Source: Isurus oxyrinchus (Eukaryota). From it: a stretch of DNA of 64,000 nt. The notes beneath the pieces were generated by a model, which worked only from the letters and a program-made list of their open reading frames with translations, ran no database searches and had not been told where the DNA came from. Position 1 is the stretch's first letter. Every line of letters starts with the position of its first letter. This document shows, piece by piece, positions 25,281 to 38,732 of this stretch. The position numbers and the translations under genes were made by a program. The stretch is taken from assembly GCA_026770705.1 (NCBI GenBank), contig JANJGN010000021.1, positions 99,138,001 to 99,202,000 on the forward strand. The letters run 5' to 3'.

Positions 25281-25675
25281 GTGTTCCTTTCTGCAGATGC
25301 TGCCAGACCTGCTGAGTTTTGCCAGGTATTTTTGTTTTTGTTTATTAGACAACTTCTCTACTTCAAAAGGCACCTTGTCTCTGTTCTGTTTCTTTACCAA
25401 ACAGGAAGCTGCCTTCACACCCTCACACTAATTGAGCCTGTGCCTCGACCTCACGATATAATCTCTGATACTCCTTTCTATGTTCCTCTATTTTACAGAG
25501 CTGATAATTGCTCACAGTCTGTTCATGCCCATACTGTTGGGTGGCCCTTTCTGTCTTTAGTTCCTTAGGTTCCTTCATCAAGTGGTTAACTATCGCTTCG
25601 CTGCCTGAGGCCTGTTTTCTCAGGGCCTCTGCTTCTTGTCTGAGTTTAGCAATTCCACCCTGATCTTTACAGTTA

Positions 25676-28355
25676 AATCAAAAAGCTGCGGATGCTGGAA
25701 ATCCAAAACAAAAACAGAATTACCTGGAAAAACTCAGCAAGTCTGGCAGCATCGGCGGAGAAGAAAAGAGTTGACGTTTCGAGTCCTCATGACCCTTCAA
25801 CAGAACTGGGTGAATCCAAGGAGAGGGGTGCAATATAAGCTGGTTTAAGGTGGGCGGGGGGTAGGGGTAGGGGTTGGGTTGGGGGGAGAGAAATGGAAGG
25901 GGGGGGTGGTTGTAGGGACAAGCAGGCAGTGATAGGAGCAGATAATCAAAAGATGTCACAGACAAAAGAACAAAAGTACACAGGTGTTGAAGTTGGTGAT
26001 ATTATCTAAACGAATGTGCTAATTAAGAATGGATGGTAGGGCACTCAAGGTACAGCTCTAGTGGGGGTGGGGGGAGCATAAAAGATTTAAAAATAATGGA
26101 AATAGGTGGGAAAAGAAAAGTCTATATAAATTATTAGAAAAAAACAAAAGGAAGGGGGAAGAAACAGAAAGGGGGTGGGGATGGGGGAGGGAGATCAAAA
26201 CCTAAAGTTGTTGAATTCAATATTCAGTCTGGAAGGCTGTAAAGTGCCTAGTCGGAAGATGAGGTGTTGTTCCTCCAGTTTGCGTTGGGCTTCACTGGAA
26301 CAATGCAGCAAGCCAATGACAGACATGTGGGCAAGAGAGCAGGGTGGAGTGTTAAAATGGCAAGCGACAGGGAGGTTTGGGTCATTCTTGCGGACAGACC
26401 GCAGGTGTTCTGCAAAGCGGTCGCCCAGTTTACGTTTGGTCTCTCCAATGTAGAGGAGACCACATTGGGAGCAACGAATGCAGTAGACTAAGTTGGGGGA
26501 AATGCAAGTGAAATGCTGCTTCACTTGAAAGGAGTGTTTGGGCCCTTGGACGGTGAGGAGAGAGGAAGTGAAGGAGCAGGTGTTCCATCTTTTGCGTGGG
26601 CATGGGGAGGTGCCATAGGTGGAGGTTGAGGAGTAGGGGGAGATGGAGGAGTGGACCAGGGTGTCCTGGAGGGAATGATCCCTACGGAATGCCAATAGGG
26701 GTGGTGGGGTGGTGAAGGGAAGATGTGTTTGGTGGTGACATCATGCTGGAATTGGCGGAAATGGCGGAGGATGATCCTTTGAATGCGGAGGCTGGTGGAG
26801 TGATAAGTGAGGACAAGGGGGACCCTATCATGTTTCTGGGAGGGAGGAGAAGGCGTGAGGGCGGATGTGTGGGAGATGGGCCGGACACGGTTGAGAGCCC
26901 TGTCAACCACCGTGGGTGGAAAACCTCGGTTAGCGAAGAAGGAGGACATGTCAGAGGAACTGTTTTTGAAAGTAGCATCATCGGAACAGATGCGACGGAG
27001 GCGAAGGAACTGAGAGAATGGGATGGAGTCCTTACAGGAAGCGGGGTGTGAGGAGCTGTCGTCGAGGTAGCTGTGGGAGTCGGTGGGTTTGTAATGGATA
27101 TTGGTGGACAGTCAATCACCAGAGATTGAGACAGCGAGGTCAAGGAAGGGAAGGGAAGTGCAGGAGATGGACCACGTGAAAATGATGGAAGGGTGGAGAT
27201 TGGAAGCAAAATTAATAAATTTTTCCAAGTCCCGACGAGAGCATGAAGCAGCATCGATGAACCGGAGAAAGAGTTGTGGAAGGGGGCCGGAGTAGGACTG
27301 AAACAAGGAATGTTCCACATACCCCACAAAGAGACAGGCATAGCTGGGGCCCATGCGGGTACCCATAGCCACACCTTTTACTTGGAGGAAGTGAGAGGAG
27401 TTGAAGGAGAAATTGTTCAATGTGAGAATACATTCAGCCAGACAGAGGAGATGGTGGATGGGGATTGTTCGGGCCTCTGTTCGAGGAAGAAGCTAAGGGC
27501 CCTCAGACCATCCTGGTGGGGGATGGAGGTGTAGAGGGATTGGACGTCCATGGTGAAGAGGAAGTGGTGGGGGCTAGGGAACTGGAAATTGTTGATGTGA
27601 CGTAAGGTGTCAGAGGAATCACGGATGTAGGTGGGAAGTGACTGGACAAGGGGAGAGAGAAGGGAGTCAAGATAACGAGAAATGAGTTCCGTGGGGCAGG
27701 AGCAAGCTGACACGATTGGTCTACCGGGACAGTTCTGTTTGTGTATTTTGGGTAGGAGGTAGAAGCGGGCCGTCCGAGGTTGGGCGACTATCAGGTTGGA
27801 AGTTGTGGGAGGATTCCCAGAGGAGATGAGGTCAGTGACAGTCCCGGAAACAATGGCTTGATGTTCAGTGGTGGGGTCATGGTCCAGGGAGAGGTAGGAG
27901 GAAGTGTCTGTGAGTTGACGCTCAGCCTCCGCGAGGTAGAGGTCAGTGCGCCAGACAACAATGGCACCACCCTTGTCAGCGGGTTTGATGACAATGTCAG
28001 GGTTGGACCTGAGAGAATGGAGTGCAATAAGTTCAGAGAGAGACAGGTTAGAATGGGTGAGAGGAGCAGAGAAATTGAAATGACTAATGTCGCGCTGACA
28101 GTTCTCAGTGAAAAGATCAACAGAAGGTAAGAATCCAGAGGGCAGTGTCCAGGTGGAGGGAGAATATTGGAGGTGGGTAAAAGGATCCATTGAACAGGGA
28201 GAGGACTCCTGCCCAAAGAAGTGAGCCCAGAGACGAAGACGGTGGAAGAAGAGTTCAGCATCATGCCGAGCCCAAAATTCATTGAGATGAGGACGTAAGG
28301 GTATGAAACTAGGTCCTTTGCTAAGCACTGAACGTTCAGCGTCGGAGAGGGGAAG
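25676..28355 (-). mobile_element. Penelope-like element (RT + GIY-YIG + pLTR), frameshifted
   Basis: ORF 27417..28328 IKPADKGGAIVVW...YLLPKIHK...RPIVS...TMDVQSLYTSI; GVAMGTRMGPSYA; GIY-YIG ORF 26195..26695. Confidence 0.92.
25769..25807 (-). ncRNA. Minimal hammerhead ribozyme motif
   Basis: Reverse complement AGTT-CTGTTGA-A-GGGTC atgag GACTC-GAAAC-GTC-AACT. Confidence 0.72.
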
Positions 28356-28674
28356 TTCCTGTTCCTTGTGCCATTGTATTGGGTAATCATGTTAGTCAAT
28401 GGGAGGAAATGGTAAATCCCTGGTACCATTGTTCCATGATAACAATCAGTCAATCTCCAAACCCTTTTCTTGAGCCACTGTCTTTTAGCAAATGTCTGAA
28501 TTAACCCCTTGTTTCCCAGCCCACTGCTGTTGGCTGTAGCTTAGTTTCTGTGTTGTGGTAAAAGACATGAGGTCAAAACATTTCAGTAGGTTTGGGTTTT
28601 ATACTCCATAAATTTCCCAGGTGGAGGGGATTCCGCATGTACAATGACCATATAAATGTGATCAATTGCTATGA

Positions 28675-29230
28675 AGAGGATGTGGTGGCATAATGGTATC
28701 ATTATTGGATGAGTAATCTAGAGTGCCAGGGTAATTCTCTGGGTGTCGGTTCAAATCCCACCACAGGGTGAATTGAACAAAAAAGCCTTGAGTTAAAAGT
28801 TTAACAATGAGTGTGATTCCTTGTTGTATAAACCCATCTGGTTCACTAATTAGCAAAGGAAATCTGTTGTCTGGCCTACATGTGACTCCAGATCCACAGC
28901 AATGTGGTTTACTCTTAAATTCCTTTTGAAATGGCCTAGCAAGCCAATCAGTTGTCAAGGGCAATTGGGGATGAGCAATAAATGTTGGCCTAGCCAGCAC
29001 ATCCCCATCCCATGAACAAATAATAAAAAAGCCCTCTGACCATCGGTTCACCGATATCCTTTAGGGAAGGAAACCTTTACCCAGCCTGGCCAACGTGTGA
29101 CTCCAGACCCACAGCAATGTGATTGACTCCTAACTGTCCTCTGAAGTAGGCTAGCAAGCCACTCAGTTTTCAAGGGCAATTAGGGATGGGGAACAAAGGC
29201 TGCCATTAATGCTCACATCCTGATGAAAGA
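28675..29230 (+). mobile_element. tRNA-derived SINE plus a second partial copy
   Basis: A-box-like TGGCATAATGG, B-box GGTTCAAATCCC near 28748; LINE-like tail. Confidence 0.7.
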
Positions 29231-29890
29231 ATGAAATGCACTGTACAAGTAACATTCTCTGCTTTTTGTCAGACTTCACTATTTTATGCAGCATATTGAT
29301 GAAGACTTAATCAATACGAAAGAACAAGCAGATGTGATAGTTAAGATTTAGAGTGCAACTTGTATGTATTCCGAATCCCAGTTTCTCTGCAAGCAAGGAT
29401 GCATTTTACTGCTGGTTGATTCATTGTCTTTTAGTCTTCTCAATACACCTCCTTTTCCATTTTGCATAGTCTTCATTGTTCTTTTATTTACTTCTCGACG
29501 ATAGTGCTCATGTTGTCTTTCTAAATCTGCTTAGAATAGAATAAAGTTGGACCCCAGGCTTAACATGTGTGAGGGGCCTAAAGGCTTGTTTGGTCTTGTT
29601 AATCTTATCAAGAACAACATAACTGATCATTGGCAACCATGAACTGAAACCTTGGGAGCAATTCCCAATCATGTCACTTCTTACCCTATAGGTTTAGAAA
29701 CTTCCCCTGCTTTTTCTTTGAAGCTGAACATCAGGCCGCCATCTGGGCTTTCTCTGCTGCTAGTTTCAGAGTTTTCACCTTCTCAAACAGGCTCTGAACC
29801 ATTTTGCTCAGGTTTTAATTCCTGACTTCCACTTTCTTCCATCTCTGTACACTCTTTAATGTCCAAGGTTTGAAAAATATTTCAGCCAAT

Positions 29891-32133
29891 CAAATTTCTC
29901 CACATTGAACTTCATCTGCCACCTATCTGCCCACTCCACCAACTTGTCTTTGTCCGTTTTAAGTTCTACACTCTCTTCCTCACAGTTTACAATGCTCCCA
30001 AGCTTTGTATCATCTGCAAACTTTGAAGTTATCCCCTGCACACCAAGATCTAGATCATTAACATATATATCAGGAAAAGCAAGGGTCCCAATACCGACCC
30101 CTGGGGAACTCCAATACAAACCTTCCTCCAGCCCAAAAAATATCCATTGACCATTACTCCCTGCTTCCTATTTTTCAGCCAACTTTGTACCCACATTGCT
30201 ACTGGACTTTCAAAAGGCATTTGACACAGTACCAAACAACGACTTGTGAGATAAGTTATTGCCCATGCAATAAAAGGGACAGTTGCTACTGTCCATTTTA
30301 TTCCATGAGCAATAATTTTTTTCACAAGTCTGTTGTTTGGCACTGTGTCAAATGCCTTTGGAAAGTCCATGTGCACCACATCAACAGCATTACCTTCATT
30401 AACATTCTCTGTTACCTCTTCATAAAACTCCAGCAAGTTAGTTAAACACGATTTCCCCTTTTAAAACTCCATGCTGGCTCTTCCAAATCAACCTATATTT
30501 TCTATGTGACTACTAATTCTATCCCGAATAATTGTTTCTAAAAGCTTCCCCACCACTGAAATTAAACTGACTGGAGTGTAATTAGAACCTTTGGTTCCAG
30601 TCTGTTCAGCCAAGCTCCATTCTTGCCCCATTGAAGTCGACTCTCCTCCACATTGTCCTTTTCTACTGTCATCCTTACAATTATCCGCTTATCCTTACAA
30701 TCTTTTTTGAACAAGGGCGTAATGTTTGCAATTCTCCAGTCCTCTGGCACCTCCCCTGAGTCTAGGGAAGACTGAAAGATTATGGCCAGTGCCCCTCATT
30801 TCCTTCAATATCCTTGGCTGTATCTCATCGGGCCCCGGTGCCTTGTCATCTTTAAGTTCCGACGATTTATCCAACGCTTCCTCCTGATCAATTTTGAACC
30901 CTTCTAGTGACAGAGATTCCTTCTCTGTCACTGTAGCCTCGGTAGTATCTACCTCCTTGGTAAAGACAGATACAAAGTTTTAATTTAACACCTCATCCAT
31001 GCCCCCTGCCCCCATGCGTAAATCCCCTTTTAGGTCCCTAATCGGCCCTGCTCCTCCTTTTACCATCCCTTTTAATATTTATATGCTGATAGGAGACTTT
31101 GAGATTCCCCTTTATGTTGGCTGCCAGCCTTTTCTCATAGCTCGTCTTCGCTTCTCTAATATGCTTTTTCACCTCCCCTCTGAGCCTCTGTATTCCCCTT
31201 GGTTCTCAATTGTATTTTCTCCCTGACACCTGTCATGAGCACACTTTTTCTTCTTTATCTCAATTTCTATCTCCTTTTTCATCCAGCGAGCTCTGGATTT
31301 GTTTTCCCTACCTTTCCCTTTGACTGTGCCTGAATCATTTCTTCTTTGAAGGTAGCCCATTGTTCAACTACAGTTTTTCCCACCAATCTTTGGTTCCAGT
31401 CTGTCCAGCCCAGCTCCATTCTTGCCCCATTGAAGTTGATTCTCCTCCAATTAATTATTTTTACTCTGGATTGCACATTGTACTTTTATACTGTCATCCT
31501 AAACCTTATGAAATAATGATTACTGTCTCCTAAATGTTCACCCACTGACATTTGGTCTACTTGGCGCACCTCATTTCCAGGAACCAGGTCCAACAGTGTA
31601 TCTTTTCTTGTGGGATTGGGCACATACTGCTGTAGAAAATTCTCCTGAACACAATCTAGGAACTCTTGCCCCTCTCTGCCCTTTATAATGCCTCTATCCC
31701 AGTCTACATTTGGATAATTAAAGCCCCCCATTATCCTCTATAATATTTGAATTTCTCTGTAACTTCCCTGCAGATTTGTTCTTCTATGTCCTTCTCAGTA
31801 GTTGGCGGTCTATAGATTAAGCCGAGCAATCTATTTTTTGTTCCTTAGCTGTAGCCAAATTGATTCTGTCCTTGAACCCTCTGGGACATCCTCTATCCCC
31901 AGCACTGCATTGCTTTCCTTAACCAATAATGCCACCCAGTACCGCCCTCCATCCTCCTTTTCCTCCTTTCCTCTCTTTTCTGAATACCTTGTACCCAGGA
32001 ATATTTAACACCTTTTCCTGCTCTTCCGCAAGCCAAGGGTCTGTTATTGTCACAACATTATATTTCCACTTGGCAATCTGCGCCAGCAACTCCCCAATCT
32101 TATTTACTATACTTTGTGTATTCACACATTTGC
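29891..32133 (-). mobile_element. CR1-type LINE (endonuclease to RT), decayed
   Basis: MGGFNYPNVDW; DKAPGPDEIQPRILKE; VDVVHMDFPKAFD; GVPQGSVLGPLLF; KFADDTKL. Confidence 0.9.
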
Positions 32134-33609
32134 ACCCTGCCAAATCAAAAGCATCAAGAGCTAACACTGGATCATCCTCATCTCTCACCTCTAACACACG
32201 TGCATGTAATCTGAGTCCTTCTTGTTCCAGTTCTCAGTGTCTCTTTCTTTATCTTTTTCCTCTCTTTCTAACTACTCCCTTTCTATATTTTCTCTTTCTC
32301 ATTCTTTTCCTTCTTGGAATTCAACTTCTTTCATTTCATTTTCTTTTTCAAATTCAAGTTGTTTCATTTCTCTTTCTCTTTTCTTCTGCTCCCAGGGTCA
32401 TTCACTCCTTTTTAATTCAATTTTTTGCCAGTTCTACCTGAATATAAGTAGAACCATTATTGTCCTCCTGAAGCTTCGCGTGCTCAGCCAATTCTTCAAG
32501 TATCTCTGATTCCTTAGCTCCTGATTGTAGGCTGACCCCCGAATTCGCAGCAACAGCTTTTAGATCATCTTTGGTTAACTGTGCTCAGGCACCAAGAGAT
32601 AAATCTGTCCCCACCAAATGACAGCTTTATAACTCTCCGAGATTCACTGGTCCAATGCCCACCAAAAGACACACCTTTCCGGAACCTTCACAACACTTCC
32701 TCCTGGAATTGGCTCTTTTTGGACTCCTTTGCCAGCTGTGCCAGCACTTCCCACCTTAGCTGCATTTACATCCGGACTTTCACCGTCCAGCTGAACTGTT
32801 CGATAGGTCACCAGATAGTGGCAGATGTCGGAAAGATAATAAATTGAGAACCACGACTGAATAGAGAATGTTCAGAGGGAGTTGGAAGAAGACAAATAAG
32901 AGCAGCAAAGTCAAAGTTTGAGAAAAGATTGTCAATAAACATAAAAGAGAATCTCAAAGCCTTCAATAGATGTATCAATAGTAGAGGATTTTAAAAATAG
33001 GGGAGCAGCCAATTAGGGACTGATAAGAGGATTTACACATGGAGGCAGCGGCTTGACTGAGGTACTAAATGAACATTTTGCACCTGTCTTTACCAAGGAA
33101 GAGGATGCTGCCCAAGTCCTACCGACAGAGGGGGAGCTGCCAATAGCAGGCATGTCCGTAAAATTAGGCCTTGTGGCATAAATGGGACAATAGCAGCTTG
33201 GAGCTGGATTTTCTGGTTGTCAGTGGGGTAAAGGAGGTAGAACAGGAGGGGGACAATCTGCTCATTCCTCCCCCACAACCTTTCAGCACGTCAAATCAAG
33301 TCGGCTGGCCAATTAGCAGCCGGTGGAAATGCCGGCCAATTGTCATTTTGAAGGGGAGGCTCCGCGCCCAATCAGGCTTCTAGGGCGGGGATTCCAGTGG
33401 GAGAGGGGTGAGGCCGTGGACTGGAACTCCGCCCTGGCCCCCCTCCCTCTCACTCTCTACTTCATTGTTATGTCAGCCTGCGTTTCTCTTGTTGCTGCCG
33501 CTCTGCAATAGCTGCACATGGTCAGTGTAGCACCTACTTCACTCTGCAGCTCTCCTCTCGCTAAGACAACAGTCCCATCCTTTCCCGAGTACGATTACCA
33601 CTGCATCAA

Positions 33610-34590
33610 ACACTCATAGAATATTACAGCGCAGAGAGAGGACATTCAGCCCGTAAATAACGTTGGCTCTTTCTAACAGCGATCCAGTTAATCCCACAAA
33701 CCGACTTCATTCCCCAAAGCCCTGCAGTTTTGTTCCCTGTAGCTATTTATCCAAGTCCCTTTTGCAGGTGACTAATGAACCTGTATCCAATGCCCCATCA
33801 GACAGTGCATTCCAAATCCTCATGTTCTTCCCCATGTCACCTCCGATTCTTTTACCAATCACCTTAAATCTGCGTCCCCTTTATTATCGACCCATCAACC
33901 ATTGAAACACTTTCTCTTTATTTACTGTATTCATGATTTTAAGCAGCTCTAATAAATCTCCTCTGAACCCACTCTAAGTACAACAATCCCAGCTTCTCCA
34001 GTCTATCCATGTAACTGAAGTCCCTCATTGCTTTTCCGATTCTGTAAATCTCTTCCGTAACCTCTCCTAAGCCTTCATGCCTTTCCTGATTGTGGTGCAC
34101 AGAATTGGACACGATATTCTACCTGGGATTGAACTAATGTTTTCTGTAGGCTTAGCAAAGTCTTAGCAAGGCTCCTATGAGAGATGCCCCAGGATCCCAT
34201 ATATCCTTTTAACTGCCCTGTCAACCTGTGCTGCTACTTATATAGATTTGTGCAGAAGTCTCTTTTGCACCATGCTTAAAATTGAACAATTTATCTTATA
34301 TTCCCTCTCCTCCACCTTCCTATTAAAATCTATCACCTCACACTTTTCTGCACTGAATTTCATCTGCCACATGTCTGCCCAACTGACCAACGTGTCTATT
34401 TCTCTTGAAGTCTCTTGTTACCTTCCTCACTGTTTACTATATTTCCACGTTACGTATCCCCTGAGAATTTTGGAACTGTGCCATGTGCCAAGTCGAAGTC
34501 TTTAATGTATATTTTTTTAAAAACTGTGACTCTCCTACTGAACCCTGGGGAACATCACTGTACACCTTTATCTAGTCCAACAAGAAGCCT
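33610..34590 (-). mobile_element. CR1-type LINE 3' fragment
   Basis: Resembles 45925-46960 and 8870-9400. Confidence 0.65.
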
Positions 34591-34735
34591 TAACCATTAT
34601 TCTAGGTGGGAATGTAAGCTGTGAGGACACAAAGAGATTGCAGATATAGATGGGTTAAGTGAGTGGTTAGCAAGGTGGCAGATGGAGTATAAGGTGAGAG
34701 TGTGAGCTTATTCACTTTTATAGTAAGAACACAAA

Positions 34736-35337
34736 GGGCTGAATTCTCCCCCTGTTGGGGGTGAAGTTTAAGGGCAGGCGTGCACAGGCGCACTTCTGAT
34801 CGGCGCCCCTGATGGGGAGCACGACACCATTTTACGTGGACATGACGTCTACACGGAAGCGCTATGCGCACCCTGTGCGAGCGGGGCGATTCCCTAAATC
34901 GAGAGTGCGCTCTTTCGGGCATGCGCATAAAAGAGTGCACTCACCTCCCTGAGGCAAAGTGCTGTCACATGAGTTGGGACATGTCCATAATTTTTACCAA
35001 AGCTTTGTCAAAATTTTTAAAACCCTACATGAAACCTCATCCCGCCCATGGATGAGGTTTCATGCTTTTTCTAGTTTGCGCCGGGGCTCCTAGCCTGCCC
35101 GCTAACCTTAAGGTTGGATGGGCAGGTCCTTTAATTACTTAATTGACTCTGTCAATGGTCTCAGTTGGACATTGACAGGTCAGCGGGCCCGCAGCTGATT
35201 TCACTGCGCCCCTGCCTACCTGAAATTTAAATGGGGTGCGGTGATGTCGGGATTTCACCCTGTCGTCACCGCGTGTCATTTTATGCGTCAGCGAGCAGGG
35301 GGGACGAGGCCCACTCACCAACAGGAAAATCCTGCCC
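34736..35337. mobile_element. Harbinger-type MITE
   Basis: GGGCTGAATTCTCC...GGAAAATCCTGCCC, flanked by AAA/AAA; paralog of 21685-22377. Confidence 0.75.
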
Positions 35338-35689
35338 AAAAGCAGGAAATTTCTAAAGTGGTTGGAATCATCTATGGCCAGAATTTTCCGTTTGCCAGTC
35401 GGGCGGGCAGCCGATTGCCACTGAAGTAACGGGCCGCGGCGACATTTTCCGTGGGTGTGCCAATTAAGGCCTGCCCAGCGGGTTAGCAACTCCCATGGAG
35501 AATGGGAAAATAGTTGCAGGGGCGGGCGGCCTCAGACTGCTGGTTCCAATGTGGAGCCGGCAGCTGCATAAAGAGTGGCCAGGCAGCCTGCTTGAGGCAG
35601 TGCACCATGGCCACTCGGGGAGAGAGGGAGGGAGGTGCGAGTGGAGAGCAGCATGAGCAGGAAGAGGGGGGCAGGCTGCAGGAGAGGCC

Positions 35690-38425
35690 AGCGGGGGGCC
35701 AATGTGCCCCCCCTTGATTCTCTGATTCATGCTGTCCTCCTGCAAGAGGACTCTATCTGCCAGTACCTGCTGTATCCGGAGGATGGGAGGAGGAGGGTCG
35801 CCCATGTTACCAGCCATGCGTGGGAGGAGGTGGGTGACGCTGTCAGCGCCCATGATGATGTGCGGCGTACTGGTACCCAGTGCTGAAAAAGATTCAATGA
35901 TTGGCTGCGCTCTGGACGGGTGAGTACCATGTTGGCCTTGGCCATTTGACCCAGAAGGCAGCCTTAATCTTTGACCCCCGTCACCACCATGTCTTGCGGT
36001 CGTAACTGCAGAGGGCATCTGGCGCACGCTGGGTGGGCAAATGGATACTGACCATGTTTACATCAGCCTTAATGGTTGAGGTGAAGAAGGGTACTCCCCG
36101 CAGCATATGTTGGACTTTGTGGCATTTGAGTAGTCTGGGGGCAACCTGCAGGGGAGGACGCTACTCAGAACTCCATACACATTGTCATATTGATGGTAAT
36201 GAGATGGTGCAAGGGGTGTTTTGGGCAAGTGCCATCTGCTGGCATCGGCGCCACACCTAGTTGCACCTCCTTGCCATGGGCGCTAAGACCCGTGTGCTAT
36301 TCAAAGTGATGGACGCCGAATGTGTCCAAGCTGGCCGTTGGGGGCGGGGGTTGGGAGCAGCCGTACTATCTTCTGGGGACTGATCGCCAGTAGTGTGGAC
36401 AGGAGCTGCTGGAGGCCTCAGATGGGCCACTGTGGTTGGGGGCTGTGTGCATGTGCAGAGTACATGAGCGATCAGCCCCAATAAATCCTCTTCTCTGTTT
36501 TGCAGGCAAACAGTCACCACAGTGCCCTGGAGCGCCAGAGGACTGGAGGTGGGTGCGCCCTCCTGCAGCGCCTCACTCCTTTTGAAGAACAGGCCATGGA
36601 GTTGGGCAGGAGGCCAGGGCGGCCAGGGGCAGTAAGGCTCGTGTCCAGTGGCCAGGTATTTGAGGTCTACAGTCCCATCCACTATGTCTGCCCACCATCC
36701 AAACCACTGATGGTTGCTGTAATTGTTAATGCTGAAACAATGCTCATTCACAGACTGAGACACTCAGACGTGTGGGTCAAACAGAAGGGACCCTCATCCC
36801 CTTGAGGATTCGCATCTCCACCACCTTCCAAAGTCACCTTATCCCATTTGTGACCACTATCACCATGGTCTAACATGCCATTGGATCGCTGCTGCACAGC
36901 CAAAGACTTACTTCATCTTAGGGGGTTTGGGATCTCCAGCACCCTTTCAGCCAGTGCACCCCACATTACTCTGTCCAAAAGGTCCTCAGCACCTCAGCTG
37001 TGAACCTCATGGCACTCAGCTTAGATAAATGCCACCAGGTTACTCATCCCTGCACCAAGGGGAATTGTTGCCTTCTGCCCACCTGGTCTATGCCCCTCCT
37101 AACGGAATGACGGCCAATAATGTGACCTCTCAATCTCATGTGATCCACGGCAAATGTCGCAACTGTTTGCGATGTTTCTTCAGCCCCACAACTATCCAGG
37201 CCACAATGCATCCAGGACAGGTACCTCTGCACTCTCCACACTCCAATGGTACATAACATGCCATGTGGCATTCCTGAGGACATCTGACCAGCCTGTTTGC
37301 ATGTGCGTTTAATGGTTGGAGCTCCTCTTGACTCTTTTCCACCTCACCAATGTTCTTCTCCTAAGGGTCTTGAAGGGTGAGCGACTTATGAAGCTTGGGG
37401 GGAGAAAAGGATGAAAGGTTTAACTGACTGTACGCTAACTGATGCACTGTCCTTGTTAATTTCAGCATCACCACCAGAACGACCTGCACCTCAAAACCAC
37501 AGCCCCCCCTCCACACCTGAGGGCCAACATGTGCAACTTGCTGCACATCATTTCAGCCAGCCAGGCACCAGTGCAGACACACATACCTCTGTGGGGACTT
37601 TACCGTCAGCTAGTGTCCTGGGTCACAGTGGAGAGGGCACATCACAGTCGCTGGGGGAGATGGTAGGGGCAGAGAGTGCTGATGGCTCCAGCAGCCAGAG
37701 GGCTGCAGGGGATGAGGCACATGCTGAGTCTGGCAGTGATGATGTACCTTTGGAGTTGTCCCCACTGCAGCAGCTGCAGGACAGGCGGCAGGAAGTGTGT
37801 TTGCATCTGGCAGGTTTGCATGAAGGAATGGTTCAGTTGCTCTCTGCAATGGAGGAGTCCAGGCAGAGTGTACGTGAAGGTTTGACCCTCAGGGTATCAA
37901 GATTCCTTCAATGAGAGATTGGCAACTCTCATAGAGAGGGGCTTTCACCAAATGGATCAAAATATGATTGGGATATGCTCTGACCTGCAAGCCCTCACAG
38001 TGGTACTAGCCATGGGTGGTCATTCCTAATGTGGTAGATGTTGTTGGCACCAAGTGTCGGTGCTCAGTGCCCATTCATCTGCGGTGAGCAGGGAGGTCCA
38101 ATGTGACCTCACGTTGGTGCAGCAGTTGCCTGTCATCACTGTGAGCTCCTCTCAGGGAGCTCCAGATGAGGGCAGCCGGTCCTCCGCCCCTCTGCCAGTC
38201 AATGTTTCTTCCATTGAGGCTGTGACGACTGGGGAGGCGCCAGTTCTGGAACTGGCCACTTCCTCCCAGGTGGGGCCATCACAGGTTCCACAGCCCAGAG
38301 GACGCCCGCCAAGGTCATCGGGGCCAATAGGACAGCAGAGTCAGCAGGCTGTCTCACAAGCCACTCCGAGCGATGGGGTGGCACCTAGACATAGCACCCG
38401 CAAACGAAAGCATAAGGTATGTTAG
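35690..38425 (+). pseudogene. Harbinger Myb/SANT-like DNA-binding protein, multi-exon, disrupted
   Basis: LLYPEDGRRR...AWEEVGDAVSAHDDVRRTGTQC*KRFND; later segments 36500, 37411, 38054 end in a basic NLS-like HSTRKRKHK. Confidence 0.7.
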
Positions 38426-38732
38426 GCGCTCAATGGGTATGTCACTGGTGATTTTGTGTTGGCCTTAGAATAGGGAATATATTTTTGTGATCGCAAACAA
38501 GTGTGTGTTTTTGTTTTGGACAGAATAAAGTCCACCTTTGCTACCATGGCTGAGGATCTTTTGTTTGTGGTGCATTTTTCTTTTTCACATATTTATCATG
38601 AGTGTTTGAGTGGACATTGATGTTTCTGTACTAAGCCCTCGGTTGCAGCTGATGAGGTGGAAGATGTAGTACCTATGTGCCACGTGTGGAAGCGCCAGGC
38701 AATGCTGCTTCTGCTGATCCATGTGTGTGGAG

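Larger units (their letters stand above)
22796..25338. mobile_element. Penelope-like insertion with inverted arms (- arm 22796-23880, + arm 23881-25338)
   Basis: GIY-YIG ORFs on both strands (23371..23862 -, 23843..24853 +); 11-bp TSD TGTTTATTAGA at 22785-22795 and 25339-25349. Confidence 0.9.

Noticed and set aside
31929-32509. Hydrophobic Phe/Leu/Ser-rich ORFs resembling membrane proteins
   Set aside because: Antisense reading of an A/G-rich, probably retroelement-derived coiled-coil segment
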